Source of the DNA: Squalus acanthias | Lineage: Eukaryota | Assembly (NCBI GenBank): GCA_030390025.1 | Contig: CM059431.1 | Span: 159,652,001 to 159,716,000 of the forward strand | Direction: 5' to 3' | Length of the DNA: 64,000 bases | Shown here: one piece after another, positions 28,549-39,654 of the stretch | Layout: every line of letters starts with the position of its first letter | How positions within the stretch are numbered: position 1 is the first letter of the stretch | The notes under the pieces: generated by a model | Database searches by the model: none | Seen by the model: only the letters and a program-made list of their open reading frames with translations | What the model was told of the DNA's origin: nothing | Made by a program: the position numbers and the translations under genes

Positions 28549-29287
28549 GGGCAAAAAATTCGGCCCTTCCCTTGTGAGCCCGCGTTCTGTACTCACCCGT
28601 ATTGCTTCCCGAAGTGCCGGTTACCTGCATGCACTGCGCATGCGCGGGAAGCACTACTTCCGGAATGGTGAAGGGGGCGGTTCCTATTTGAACCGAGTGC
28701 GCGCTAGAGGCTGCGCGCATGCAGCACACTTAGATTATTTTTCAGGTTTCTACGCGAGTGTAAGTATTGAAGAAACTACACCAATGAAAAGGGGGCGCAA
28801 GACCCGTTTTGAACAAGGTAAGTGGTTAATTAAGTATCATTTTAATTTTTTTTCAACAGGTTTACCTTTTTTAGATACCTTAAAGAAAGGTAAGTTTATT
28901 TTTATCACTCTTAAAAAGTATTTAAATTTTTTCAAAAATTTTAATTTTTGTTTAAAGCGGTGAATTTATTTAACTATAGTTATTTTATAAATGTGATGGT
29001 TTTTTTAAATTCATTTTAAATTTAGCTGTTCTTTTGGGGCCGATTTCAATTTCAAATCTATGAATGAAAGATGGTCTGCTGCCATTGGCTCTCCATAACC
29101 CACGTGATCCCAGGGGACGCATCGCACTAACTGCGCCCCTGGAACACACAAGCACTGCGCGCCGGCAGTTGGGAGAGGCCCAGGACCCGAAGTTCCCGTG
29201 GGCCCAAAACACAACGGCAGGCATGGTAGGTAAGAGCGCGCGCAATCCTTACCCCCGTGGCATGCCGGAGAGGCGAATTTCTGGGCC
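28549..29287. mobile_element. Non-autonomous DNA transposon (MITE), PIF/Harbinger-like, copy 2, in the GPCR intron
   Basis: Imperfect TIRs GGGCAAAAAATT...AATTTCTGGGCC with a perfect AAT TSD; reverse-complement homolog of 5039-5779. Confidence 0.8.
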
Positions 29288-29525
29288 AATGTTCTTTTTA
29301 GCGAATTTTCGGACCGTGTGTCACCCCGTGCAGAGGGAGCGCTGCAGCAACTCATTACAATGTGTGGGTGGGTTTCCCAGGTAATGGCTCCAATACTATT
29401 CCTGTTCTCACACTGCTCCGTGTTGAAAATCACACTGACTGGAGTAAAATGTTCTCAACAGGGATCTCCATATATATTTGAATCAGACGCTGGAACATTA
29501 TTTCTCTCCTCTCTCTTTCTTACAG

Positions 29526-30444
29526 CGAACTTGGTGACAATTGTGATTCTCTCCCGAGGAAACTGCGGCCTTTCCAAGTGTATCTCTGTCTACATGGTGG
29601 CCATGGCAGCAGCGGATCAACTGGTCATGATCATCAATGTACTGGTGTATTATATTTTCACTCATCATTTCCCACTTTCCTTCCTGTCCCACACTCCGGT
29701 GTGTCGGGCAATTCTATACCTGACTGCTGTGGCCCTCCATTTGTCGGTCTGGTTCACCGTCTCCTTCACATTTGACCGATTTGTAGCTCTCTGCTACCAG
29801 AAGTTTAAAACAAAGTATTGCACTGCCAGAACAGCGACCGCGGTTATAACAACGCTCTCTGTTTTTTTCTTTGTGACGGACATCCCCGTTTTGTTTGTAT
29901 ATGAAGCTGAACGAATGATCGACAACGTGCAGTGGGGCTGTCGGAACAGTGTGGCTTCTTTATCCTTACCCGTGGCAATACCCTACTCCTGGTTCTACAG
30001 CATCTGGCTCGTTTGGCTTCCTTTCGCTTTAATCGCCTTGTTTAATTCTTTGATAATCAGGCGGATTTTAGTGGCCAATAGAGCGCGCAGGGGACTCCGG
30101 GATCGCAGCAGGGAGGTTCAGAATGATCCGGAGATGGAGAACCGAAGGAAATCCATCATCTTGCTCTTCACTATATCGGGCATTTTATAGTGCTGTGGCT
30201 GACAACTGCCGTGACTTTCTTAACCACCAGAATGACAAACCCCACTTATTATCGAGGCGAATTCACAAACCCAGCCTATATCGCCACTGAGACCGGAGCC
30301 ATGCTGAAGTATTTGAATTCCTCTCCAAACACGTGTATTTATGCAGCGACCCAGAAGAAGTTCAGAGAAGAGCTGAAGAAGGTGGTGAAATCTCCCTGGA
30401 CACTGATTCTGAGACTGGTTAAAAATGAAAGAAACACGAACTAG
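29526..30444 (+). pseudogene. Exon 2 of the GPR139-like GPCR with a 1-bp deletion in TM6 (premature TAG at 30188-30190; original frame ends at 30444)
   Basis: Polypyrimidine tract + CAG acceptor at 29525; MAAADQL (TM2), FTFDRFVA (DRY-like), ENRRKSIILLF (TM6), NTCIYAATQKKFR (TM7/H8). TCG GGC A-T TTT ATA GTG CTG TGG restores SGSFIVLW. Confidence 0.85.
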
Positions 30445-30529
30445 AGCTTCGGTTGGGACATTAGAATTCAGTTATTGCCCCTGTTCCAGCTCAGATTGGG
30501 TTTCGCTGTCCTTACAGTTACATCAGTTT

Positions 30530-31330
30530 GGTTCACCCATCACTCCTGTGCTCGCTGACATAAGAACATAAGAACATAAGAAATAGGAGCAGGAGTCGGC
30601 CATTTGTCCCTTCGAGCCTGCTCCGCCATTCAATAAGATCATGGCTGATCTTTTACCTCATCTCCACTTTCCTGCACTATCCTCATATCCCTTGATTCCC
30701 TTAATATACAAAAATCTATCGATCTCCGTCTTGAATATACTCAACGACTGATCCTCCACAGACCTCTGGGGTAGAGAATTCCAAAGATTCACACCATCTG
30801 AGTGAAGAAATTTCTCCTCATCTCAGTCCGAAATGGCCGACCCCTTATTCTGAGACTGTGACCCCCTGGTTCTAGACTCTCCAGCCAGGGGAACCATCCT
30901 CCCTGCATCTACTCTGTCAAGCCCTGTAAGAATTTGGTATGTTTCAATGAGATCACCTTTCATAATTCTAAACTCTAGAGAATATATGCCTAGCCTACTG
31001 AAACTGTCCTCATAGGACAATTCCCCCATCCCAGGAACCAGTCTGGTGAACCTTCGTTGCATTCCCTCTGTGGCAAGTATATCCTTCCTGAGGTAAGGAG
31101 AATAGAACTGTACACAATACTCCAGGTGTGGTCTCACCAGGGCCCTATATAACTGCAGTAAGACGTCTTTATTCTTGTACTCTAATCCTCTTGTAATAAA
31201 GGCCTACATTCTCTCCAGGTTAAGCAACGCCTCGATTTCAAAATTATCATCCTTGTTTGCACATGTTTCTATGGCCTCGCCCCTCACCATCTCTGTAATC
31301 GCCACCAGCCCCACAACCCTCCGAGATATC
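30530..31330 (+). mobile_element. L2-type LINE fragment split by a CR1 insertion
   Basis: TTCACCCATCACTCCTGTGCTCGCTGAC...CTACATT...CCAGGTTAAGCAACGCCTCGATTT matches the L2 copy at 58960-59100. Confidence 0.65.
30559..31204 (-). mobile_element. 5'-truncated CR1 LINE
   Basis: (CATAAGAA)n tail; RPHLEYCVQF...RRFTRL...LGIYSLE peptide. Confidence 0.88.
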
Positions 31331-31994
31331 AGCTGTTTGAATATCATAGTGCGAGGACTGTAATTCAATTCTGCCATGTAATTGACAGGAAAAATCCAAC
31401 AGTTTTACAGAAAGATTCAAGGGTTATCAATGCAAGAGGTCAGGACTCCGTCTTTGGCTGTAGCTCAAAATCACGTCGCTGCCTGATATTTGCACCGCGC
31501 AATATTCAGTTCTATTGCAGTCAATGGTACGGATTATCGGAGGGAACATATAACAGGCGACCGACGGCCGCCTCTTTCCAGCGGAATCTGCCATTTGTTC
31601 CACTTAGCGTTTGAAGATTCTAAAGGGATCTTTACCTCCGCCGGAATTAAACACATGTTACGTTACATTAAAGAAAAGAAAATCAATGCTCAGCGCTGAT
31701 GTCCAGCAGCACTAATGCCCGCGAAAAATAATAAAAGGTACACATAAATATTAGCGAGTTATTTGTTATCACTTTTGAACTGCGAGACTCACATAAAACT
31801 GCTGTGAACGCAAGGTTCAAGGAGTGAAAGATGGACGAGCTACTGAATATAATTGGGGGCACGTCGACTGAATGTTGCACCCATTAGATGTTAGTGTCAG
31901 AAATGATGACGTAGCAGATTCACTTCTGTAATACCCCCACCCCATGTCATCAATAAACCCCTACTTCAGACTGTGGCGCTGTCTGCGAACGTGA

Positions 31995-32505
31995 GAACAT
32001 AAGAACATAAGACGTCGGAGCAGGAGTCGGTCTTTTGACCCCTCGAACCTGCCCCGCCATTTAATGAGATCATGGCTGATCTGATCTTGGCCTCAACTCC
32101 ACTTCCCTGCCCGCTCCCCCTAACCCTTGACTCCATTACCATTCAAAAATCTGTCTATCTCCACCTTAAATATATTCAATGACCCAACCTCCACAGCTCT
32201 CTGGGGAAGAGAATTCCAAAGATTCACGACCCGTTGAGAGAAGAAATTCCTCCTCATTTCCTATTTAAATGGGTGCCCATTATTCTGAAATTATGCCCCC
32301 TAGTTCTAGATTCCCCCTCGAGGGGAAACATCCTCTCTGCATCTACCGTGTCAAGCCCCTTCAGAATCTTATATGTTTCATTAAGATCCCCTCTCATTCT
32401 TCTAAAGTCCAATGAGAATAGGCCCAACCTGCTCAACTTTTCTTCAGAAGACAACCCCTTCATCTCCGGAATCAGCCTCGTGAACCTTCTCTGAACTGCC
32501 GCCAA
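31995..32505 (-). mobile_element. 5'-truncated CR1 LINE
   Basis: (CATAAGAA)n tail; QRRFTRLIP...RMRGDL peptide. Confidence 0.88.
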
Positions 32506-32814
32506 TGCACGAGAGGCCGCGGTTTGATTGACTTAGAGCAGGAAATGCTGCTGCCGATCAGTGTCTGTGTCAGAATGCTCCGGCTCTCTCAGTGATGACC
32601 TGATGTCAATTTCCCCAGTCCCGTAATTCCGCCGGCCCACCAGTTTAGGGGAGTAATACCGAACACCAAGTCCGTCAGCCCCACGATATCAGTTCCATTT
32701 ACAACTCGTCAAGCAAAGAACACAGAAGAATTGGAACAACTGTCACTGGGCAAAGCAAATGGGACATTAAGTCTACTCAGAGCAACATCCATGTGCAGTC
32801 ATGCCTGAAGTACC

Positions 32815-35800
32815 ATATAGTCACAGAGTCAAAGAGTCATAGAGTTATACAGCACAGAAAGAGTCCCTTCGGCCCATCGTGTCCGCGCTCGCCATCAAGC
32901 CCTGTCTATTCTAATCCCATTTTCCAGCACTTGGTCCGTAGCCTTGTATGCTATCGCGTTTCAAGTGCTCATCTAAATGCTTCTTGAATGTTGTGAGGAT
33001 TCCTGCCTCTACCACCCTTTCAGGCAGTGAGTTCCAGATTCCAACCACCCTCTTGGTGAAAACGTTTTTCCTCAAATCCCCTCTAAACCGCCTGCCCCTT
33101 ACCTTCAAATTATGCCCCCTGGTTATTGACCCCTCTACTAAGGGGAAAAGTTCCTTTCTATCTACCCTATCTATGCCCCTCATAATTTTGTACACCTCAA
33201 TCAGGTCCCCCCTCAGCCTTCTCTGCTCTAAGGAAAACAACCCCAGCCTGTCCAGTCTCTCTTCATAGCTGAAGCGCTCCAGACCAGGTAACATCCTGGT
33301 GAATCTCCTCTGCACCCTCTCCAATGCAATCACTTCCTTCCTATATTGTGACGACCAGAACTGCACACAGTATTCCAGCTGTGGCCTAACTAGCGTTTTG
33401 TACAGTTCTTTCATAACCTCCCTGCTCTTATATTCTATGATGCGGAGATGCCGGTGTTGGACTGGGGTGGACAATATTGAGAGGTCGCACAACACCAGGT
33501 TATAGTCCAACAGTTTTATTTGAAATCACAAGCTTTCGGAGCTATTGATTGCTCCTTCCTCACCTGAGGAAGGAGCAATCGAAAGCTCCGAAAGCTTGTG
33601 ATTTCAAATAAAACTGTTGGACTATAACCTGGTGTTGTGCGACCTCTCAATCTTATATTCTATGCCTCGGCTAATGAAGGCAAGTATCCCATATGCCTTT
33701 TTAACACCTTATCTACCTGTCCTGCTGCCTTCAGGGATCGATGTACATGCACACCAAGATCCCACTGATCTTCTGCCCCTCCTAGGGTCCTTCCATTCAT
33801 TGTGTATTCCCTTGCCTTGTTAGTCCTCCCAAAATGAATCACCTCACACTTTTCAGGGTTAAATTCCATTTGCCACTGTTCTGCCCATCTGACCAACCCG
33901 TCTATATCGTCCTGTAGCCTGAGGCTTCCCTCCTCGCTATTTCCCACTCCACCAATGTTCGTGTCATCTGCGAACTTACTGATCATACCTCCTACATTCA
34001 TATCTAAATCATTAATGTACACTACAAACAGCAAAAGACCTAGCACCGATCCCTGCGGTACAACACTGGACACAAGCTTCCAGTCACAAAACAACCTTCG
34101 ACCATCACCCTCTGCCTCCTGCCACTAAACCAATTTTGGATCCAACGTGCCAAATTGCCCTGGATCCCATGGGCTCTTACCTTCTTGGCCAGTCTCCCAT
34201 GCGGGACTTTGTAAAAAGCCTTACTGAAGTCCATGTAGACTACATCAACTGCACTACCCTCACCCACGCACCTAGTCACACCCTCGAAAAATGCAATCAT
34301 ATTCGTTAGACATGATCTCCCCCTGACAAAGCCATGCTGACTATCCTTGATTAATCCTTGTCTCTCTAAGTGGAGACTAATTCTGTCCCTCAGATTTTTT
34401 TCCAATAATTTCCCTACCACTGATGTTAGGCTCACTGGCCTGTAATTCCCTGGTTTAGCCCTACTAACCTTCTTGAATAATGGAACTACGTTAGCTGTCC
34501 TTCAGTCCTCTGGTACCTCCCCTGTGGCAAGAGAGGATCTGAAAATTTGTGTCAGAGCCCCTGCAATCTCCTCCCTTGCCTCACATAGCAGTCTGGGATA
34601 CATCTCGCCTGGGCCTGGGGATTTATCCACTTTTAAGCCAGCTAAAACCGCTAGTACCTCCTCCCTCTCAATACTAATTTGTTCAAGTATATCACAATAC
34701 CCCTGCTTGATTTATATGACTGCATCGTCCTTCTCCATAGTGAACACAGATGCAAAATATTCATTTAAAACTTCACCAACATCTTCCGGCTCTACACACA
34801 GATTGCCACTTTGGTCCCTAATGGGCGCTACTCTTTCCCTGGTTATCATCTTGCCCTCAATATACTTATAAAACAACTTGGGATTTTCCTTTATTTTGCC
34901 CACCAGTGTTTTTTCATGCCCCCTCTTCTCTCTCCTAATTTCTTTTTTAAGTACCCCCCTGCATTTTCCATACTCCTCTCGGGCTTCCACTGTTTTTAGT
35001 TTTTTGTATCTGCCAAAAGCCTCCCTTTTTTTCAAATCCATTCTTACATATCCCTTGACATCCAGTGTTCCCTGGGCTTGTTGGTCCCACCCTTGACCTT
35101 TACGGGAACATGTTGGCGTTGTACTCTCTCTATTTCCTTTCTGAAACACTCCCACTGCTCTGATGTGGATTTTCCTACAAGTAGCTGATCCCAGTCCACT
35201 TTGGCCAGATCCTGCCTTATCATATTAAAATCGTCCTTCCCCCAATTTAGAAACTTTATTTCCGGTCCATTTTTGTCCTTTTCCATGACTACCTTAAATC
35301 TCCTCGAATTATGGTCACTCTCACCAAAATGCTCTCCCACTGACACATCTAACACTTGCCCGGCTACATTCCCTAGAAGTAGGTCCAGTACCGCCCCCTT
35401 TCTTGTAGGACTTTCTACATGCTGGCTCAAAAAGCTCTCCTGGATGCACTTTAAAAATTCCGCACCCGCTAAGCCTTTCACACTCTCACTATCCCAGTTA
35501 ATATTTGGGAAGTTGAAATCTCCTACTATTATTACCCTATTATTTCTACACTTCTCTGAGATTTGCCTACATATCTGTTCCTCTATCTCCCCCTGACTGT
35601 TTGGGGGCCTATAGTTCACTCCCAGCAAATTGCTTGCCCCCTTTTTGTTTATAAGTTCTACCCATATGCCCTCATTAGAGTAACCTGCTAAGATATCATC
35701 CCTCCTTACAGCAGTAATTGACTCAATGATTAATATTGCGACACCCCCTCCTCTTTTACACCGCCCTCTGTCTCGCCTGAAGATTCTATACCCCGGAATA

Positions 35801-36578
35801 TTGAGCTGCCTGTCCTGCCCATCCCTCAACCATGTCTCTGTGATAGCAACAATATCATACCCTCATGTGTTCATCAACACCTTCAATTCATCTGCCTTAC
35901 TCGCAAGACTCCTTGCATTAAAATAAATGCCATCCTGCCTTGCCATACTGCCTTGTGCCGTTACATATTTGCTCTGCCTTCCAGGCTGATTTGTTTTTTC
36001 CCCTATATTTGGCTGTGCATCACCCCCTACTATAGCTCCACTCCGTATCCCATCCCCCTGCCAAGTTAGTTTAACCCCCCCCCCAACAGTACTTGCAAAC
36101 CTCCCCGCAAGGATGTTGGTCCCGTTCCGGTTCAGGTGCAACCCGTCCGACTTGTACAGGTCCGACCTTCCCCAGAAGCAGACCCAGTGATCCAGGAAAC
36201 TAAAGCCCTCCCTCCTGCACCAACTCTTTAGCCACGCATTCATCTGCTCTATCCTTCTATTCCTATACTCACTCGCACGTGGCACCGGGAGTAATACAGA
36301 GATTACAACCTTTGAGCTCCTGTTTTTTAATCTGCTACCTAGCTCCCTAAATTCTTGTTGCAGGACCTCATCCCTCTTTCTACCCATGTCGTTGTTACCA
36401 ATGTGAACCAGGATTTCTAACTGTTCGCCCTCCCCCTTCAGAATGCCCTGCAGCCGTTCAGTGACATCCTTGACCCTGGCACAAGGTAGGCAACATACCA
36501 TCCTGGAGTCACGTCTGCGGCTGCAGAATTGTCTATCTGTTCCCAATACGATAGAATCCCCTATCACTATTGCTCTCA
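32815..36578 (-). mobile_element. Long degraded CR1 LINE (ORF2 fragments + partial SGNH ORF1)
   Basis: ORF pieces with GDSIV/HIGNND/DGLHL, GDFNFP, QHGF, FADD and RPQLEYC motifs. Confidence 0.92.
33440..33650. mobile_element. Penelope-terminus hairpin element (inverted pLTR pair) with hammerhead motif at 33560-33601 (+)
   Basis: About 85-bp inverted arms; 14-bp TSD TCTTATATTCTATG (33426-33439 / 33651-33664). Confidence 0.88.
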
Positions 36579-37044
36579 TATAACACAGTAGATTTTTATT
36601 TTATTTTATATATTTTATTTTCAAACTGACTTTAGGTTGCTAATTTGCTTTCTGACTTTGTTGAATTTAGATTTACATTGATAACAGCAGTGGATCTCCC
36701 GTGTTATTGTTGGTAGCGAGTTGCAGGGTGAGGTGTAAGTTTAGGAAAGGCTGCACTGAGTAAGGGGAGTGACTGATTGTGGGAAGCGGATCTGGGATCT
36801 AGAAGTAACTTTGGGAGATGAGGGCTCACAGTGAATTGCTGAGTCAGCAGAAAAAGACACAAAGTCACGTGAACCTTTCGCCCACCCTTTCTCCCCAATA
36901 ACCACTGACAGTCAAGTAAGAGTGAACTGGTTTTTCTTTCCTTTAAGATAAATTTAAGTGAATCAGAAATTTCTAACCGTGTTTTTATTTACTGTTAGTG
37001 TTTCGAATGAAACGCATCACTCGCCATATCCGGTCACACATTAC

Positions 37045-38415
37045 TCATAGAATCATAGACATTTACAACAGAGAAGGAGGCCATTCGGCCCATCTTGTCC
37101 GTGCCGGCCGACAACAAGCTATCCAACCTAATACCACTTTCCAGCACTTGGTCTGTAGCATTGTAGGTTATGGCATTTCAAGTGCATATGCAAGTATTTT
37201 TGAAATGTGATGAGGGTCTCTGCCTCTACCACCATTTCAGGCAGTGAGTTCCAGACCCCCACCACCATCTGGGTGAAAAATGTTCTCCTTAAATCCCCTT
37301 TAAAACTTCCGCCAATTACTTTAAATCTATGCCCCCTGTTTATGGGCCCCTCTGCTGAGGGAAATAGGTCCTTCCTATCCACACTATCTAGGCCCCTCAT
37401 AACTTTATACACCTCAGTTAGGTCTCCCCTCAGCCTCCTCTGTTCCAAAGAAAACAAAACCAGCCTAACCAATCTTTCCTCATAGCTAAAATTCCCCAGC
37501 CCAGGCAACATCCTCGTAAATCTCCTCTTCACCCCCTCTAGTGCAATCACATCCTTCCTGTAATATTGTGACCAGAATTGCACGCAGTATTCTAGCTGAG
37601 GCCTAACTAGTGTTTTATACAGTTCAAGCATAACCTCCCTGCTCTTATATTCTATGCTGCGGCTAATAAAGGCAAGTATCCCGTATGCCTTCTTAACCAC
37701 CTTATCAACCTGTCCTGCTACTTTAGGGATCTGTGGACGTGTACGCCAAGGTCCCTCTGATCTTCTGCACTTCTCAGTGTCCTACCATTTATAGTTTATT
37801 CACTTGCCTTGTTAGCCGTCCCCAGAGGCATTGCCTCACACTTCTCCAGATTGAATTACATTTGCCACTGTTGAGCCCACCTGACCAGTCCATTGATATC
37901 TTCCTGCAGTCTGCAGCTTTCTTCTTCATTATCGACCACACTGCCAATTTATGAACCATCTGCAAAATTCCTAATCATACTTCCTACATTCAAGTCCAAA
38001 TCATTGATATATACCACAAAAAGCCAAGGACCCAGTACTAAGTCCTGCAGAACCCCAATAGAAACAGCCTTTCAATCACAAAACCACCGTTCGACCATTC
38101 CCCTTTGTTTCCTTCCTCTGAGCCAACTTTGCATCCAACTTTGCTTTCGATCCCATGGACTTTTACTTTCGTGACCAGTCTGCCAGGCGGGACCTTATTA
38201 AAAGCCTTGCTAAAATCCATATAGACTACATCAAACGAACAAACCTCATCGACCCTCCTTGTTACCTTCTCAAAATATTCAGTCAAATTAGTCAGACACG
38301 ACATTCCCTTATCAAATGCTTGTTGACTGACCATGATTAATCCGTGTCTTTCTAAATGAAGATTTATCCTGTCTCTCAGAATTGTTTCCAATAATTTTCC
38401 CACCACCGAGATTAC
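37045..38415 (-). mobile_element. 5'-truncated CR1 LINE (carries the empty PLE target site at 37643-37656)
   Basis: CATAGAATCATAGA tail; KKAYGILAFISRSIEYKSREV peptide is uninterrupted. Confidence 0.9.
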
Positions 38416-38695
38416 TAAAGATAATACATTCATAAAAATTGAAATATTACTGGAAGAGAGAAGTAACAATCCCAGAACATCAGCAATTATCTTTGAAAAT
38501 TGCCTGCAGTACTTTCACCGCATACCTTGCTTCTCTCTCTCTCTGGAACCGAATTATTAATTCTGCTGCATTTCCACAATCAAGATGCTCAGCAAAGCCG
38601 CACAGTCCAAGAATGTACCTGTACGAGTTTGAGCATCTCTCAGGAATGGACAACTCCCAGAATGCAGCAGTGATTCAGTGCGTGTTATTCCCTTT

Positions 38696-38965
38696 CATGG
38701 CTCAGTTGTCAGCATCCTCGACTTGCAGTCAGAAGGTTCAGGGTTCAAAGTCCTGCTGCAGAGACTTGAGCACAACATTCAGGCTGACACTGCGTTGCAG
38801 TGCTGAGGGAGCGCTGCACTGTCGGAGGTGCCGTCTTTCAGATGAGACGTTGAACAGAGGCCCCATCGGCTCTCTCATGTGGACGTCAAAGATCCCATGA
38901 AGCTATTTCGAGTAAGAGCCAGGGGAGTTATCCCAGGTGTCCTGGTCAATATTTATTCCTCAAAC
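38696..38965 (+). mobile_element. tRNA-derived DeuSINE (SacSINE1-like), 3'-truncated
   Basis: A box TGGCTCAGTTG, B box GGTTCAAA, Deu-domain-like GCTGCACTGTCGGAGGTGCCGTCTTTCAGATGAGACGTT. Confidence 0.8.
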
Positions 38966-39042
38966 ATCAGAGGGAGGGCTTACAGGGGAGGGGTTAGAGG
39001 GGGAATCACAGGCGGTGGAGAGTGGCAGCATGTAGGGATTAA

Positions 39043-39654
39043 TCATAGAATCATAGAAAGTTACAGAATGGAAGGAGGCCATTTCAGCCCATCATGACCG
39101 CGCCGTCCAACAAAGAGCTATCCAGCCTAATCCCACTTCCCAGCTCTTGGTCCGTAGCCCTGCAGGTTAGAGCATCCCACGTGCATATCCAAGTACTTTT
39201 TAAATGTGGTTAGGCTTCCTGCCTCTACCACCCTTTCAGGCAGTGAGTTCCAGACCCCCACAACCCTCTGGGTGAAGAAATTTCCCCTCAAATCCCCTCT
39301 AAACCTTCCCCCAATTACTTTAAATCTGTGCCCCCTGTTTTTTGAACCCTCTGCTAAGGGAAGTAGGTCCTTTCTATCCACTTTATCTATGCCCCTCATA
39401 ATTTTATACACCTCAATAAGGTCTCCCCTCAGCCTCCTCTGTTCCAAGGAAATAGACCCAGCCTATCCAGTCTTTCCTCATAGGTAAGATTCGCAACTCC
39501 CGGCAACGCCCTTGCAAAACTCCTCTGTACCCTCTCTAGTGCAATCACATCATTCCTGTAATGTGGTGACCAGAACTGCACGCAGTACTCTAGCTGAGGC
39601 CTAATTGGTGTTTTATACAGTTGAAGCATAACCCCCCTGCTCTTGTATTCTATG
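39043..39654 (-). mobile_element. CR1 LINE 3' part (continues at 54165-54313 and 56278-56420)
   Basis: CATAGAATCATAGA tail; RT C-terminal peptide that resumes after the nested insertions (VKKAYGMLAFISRGIEYK). Confidence 0.9.

Noticed and set aside
29318..29525. N-terminal extension of the 290-aa GPCR ORF
   Set aside because: Intron sequence upstream of the splice acceptor at 29525; the real N-terminus is exon 1 at 28288.
31340..31600. Possible additional MITE remnant
   Set aside because: No matching TIR pair or TSD could be identified by eye.
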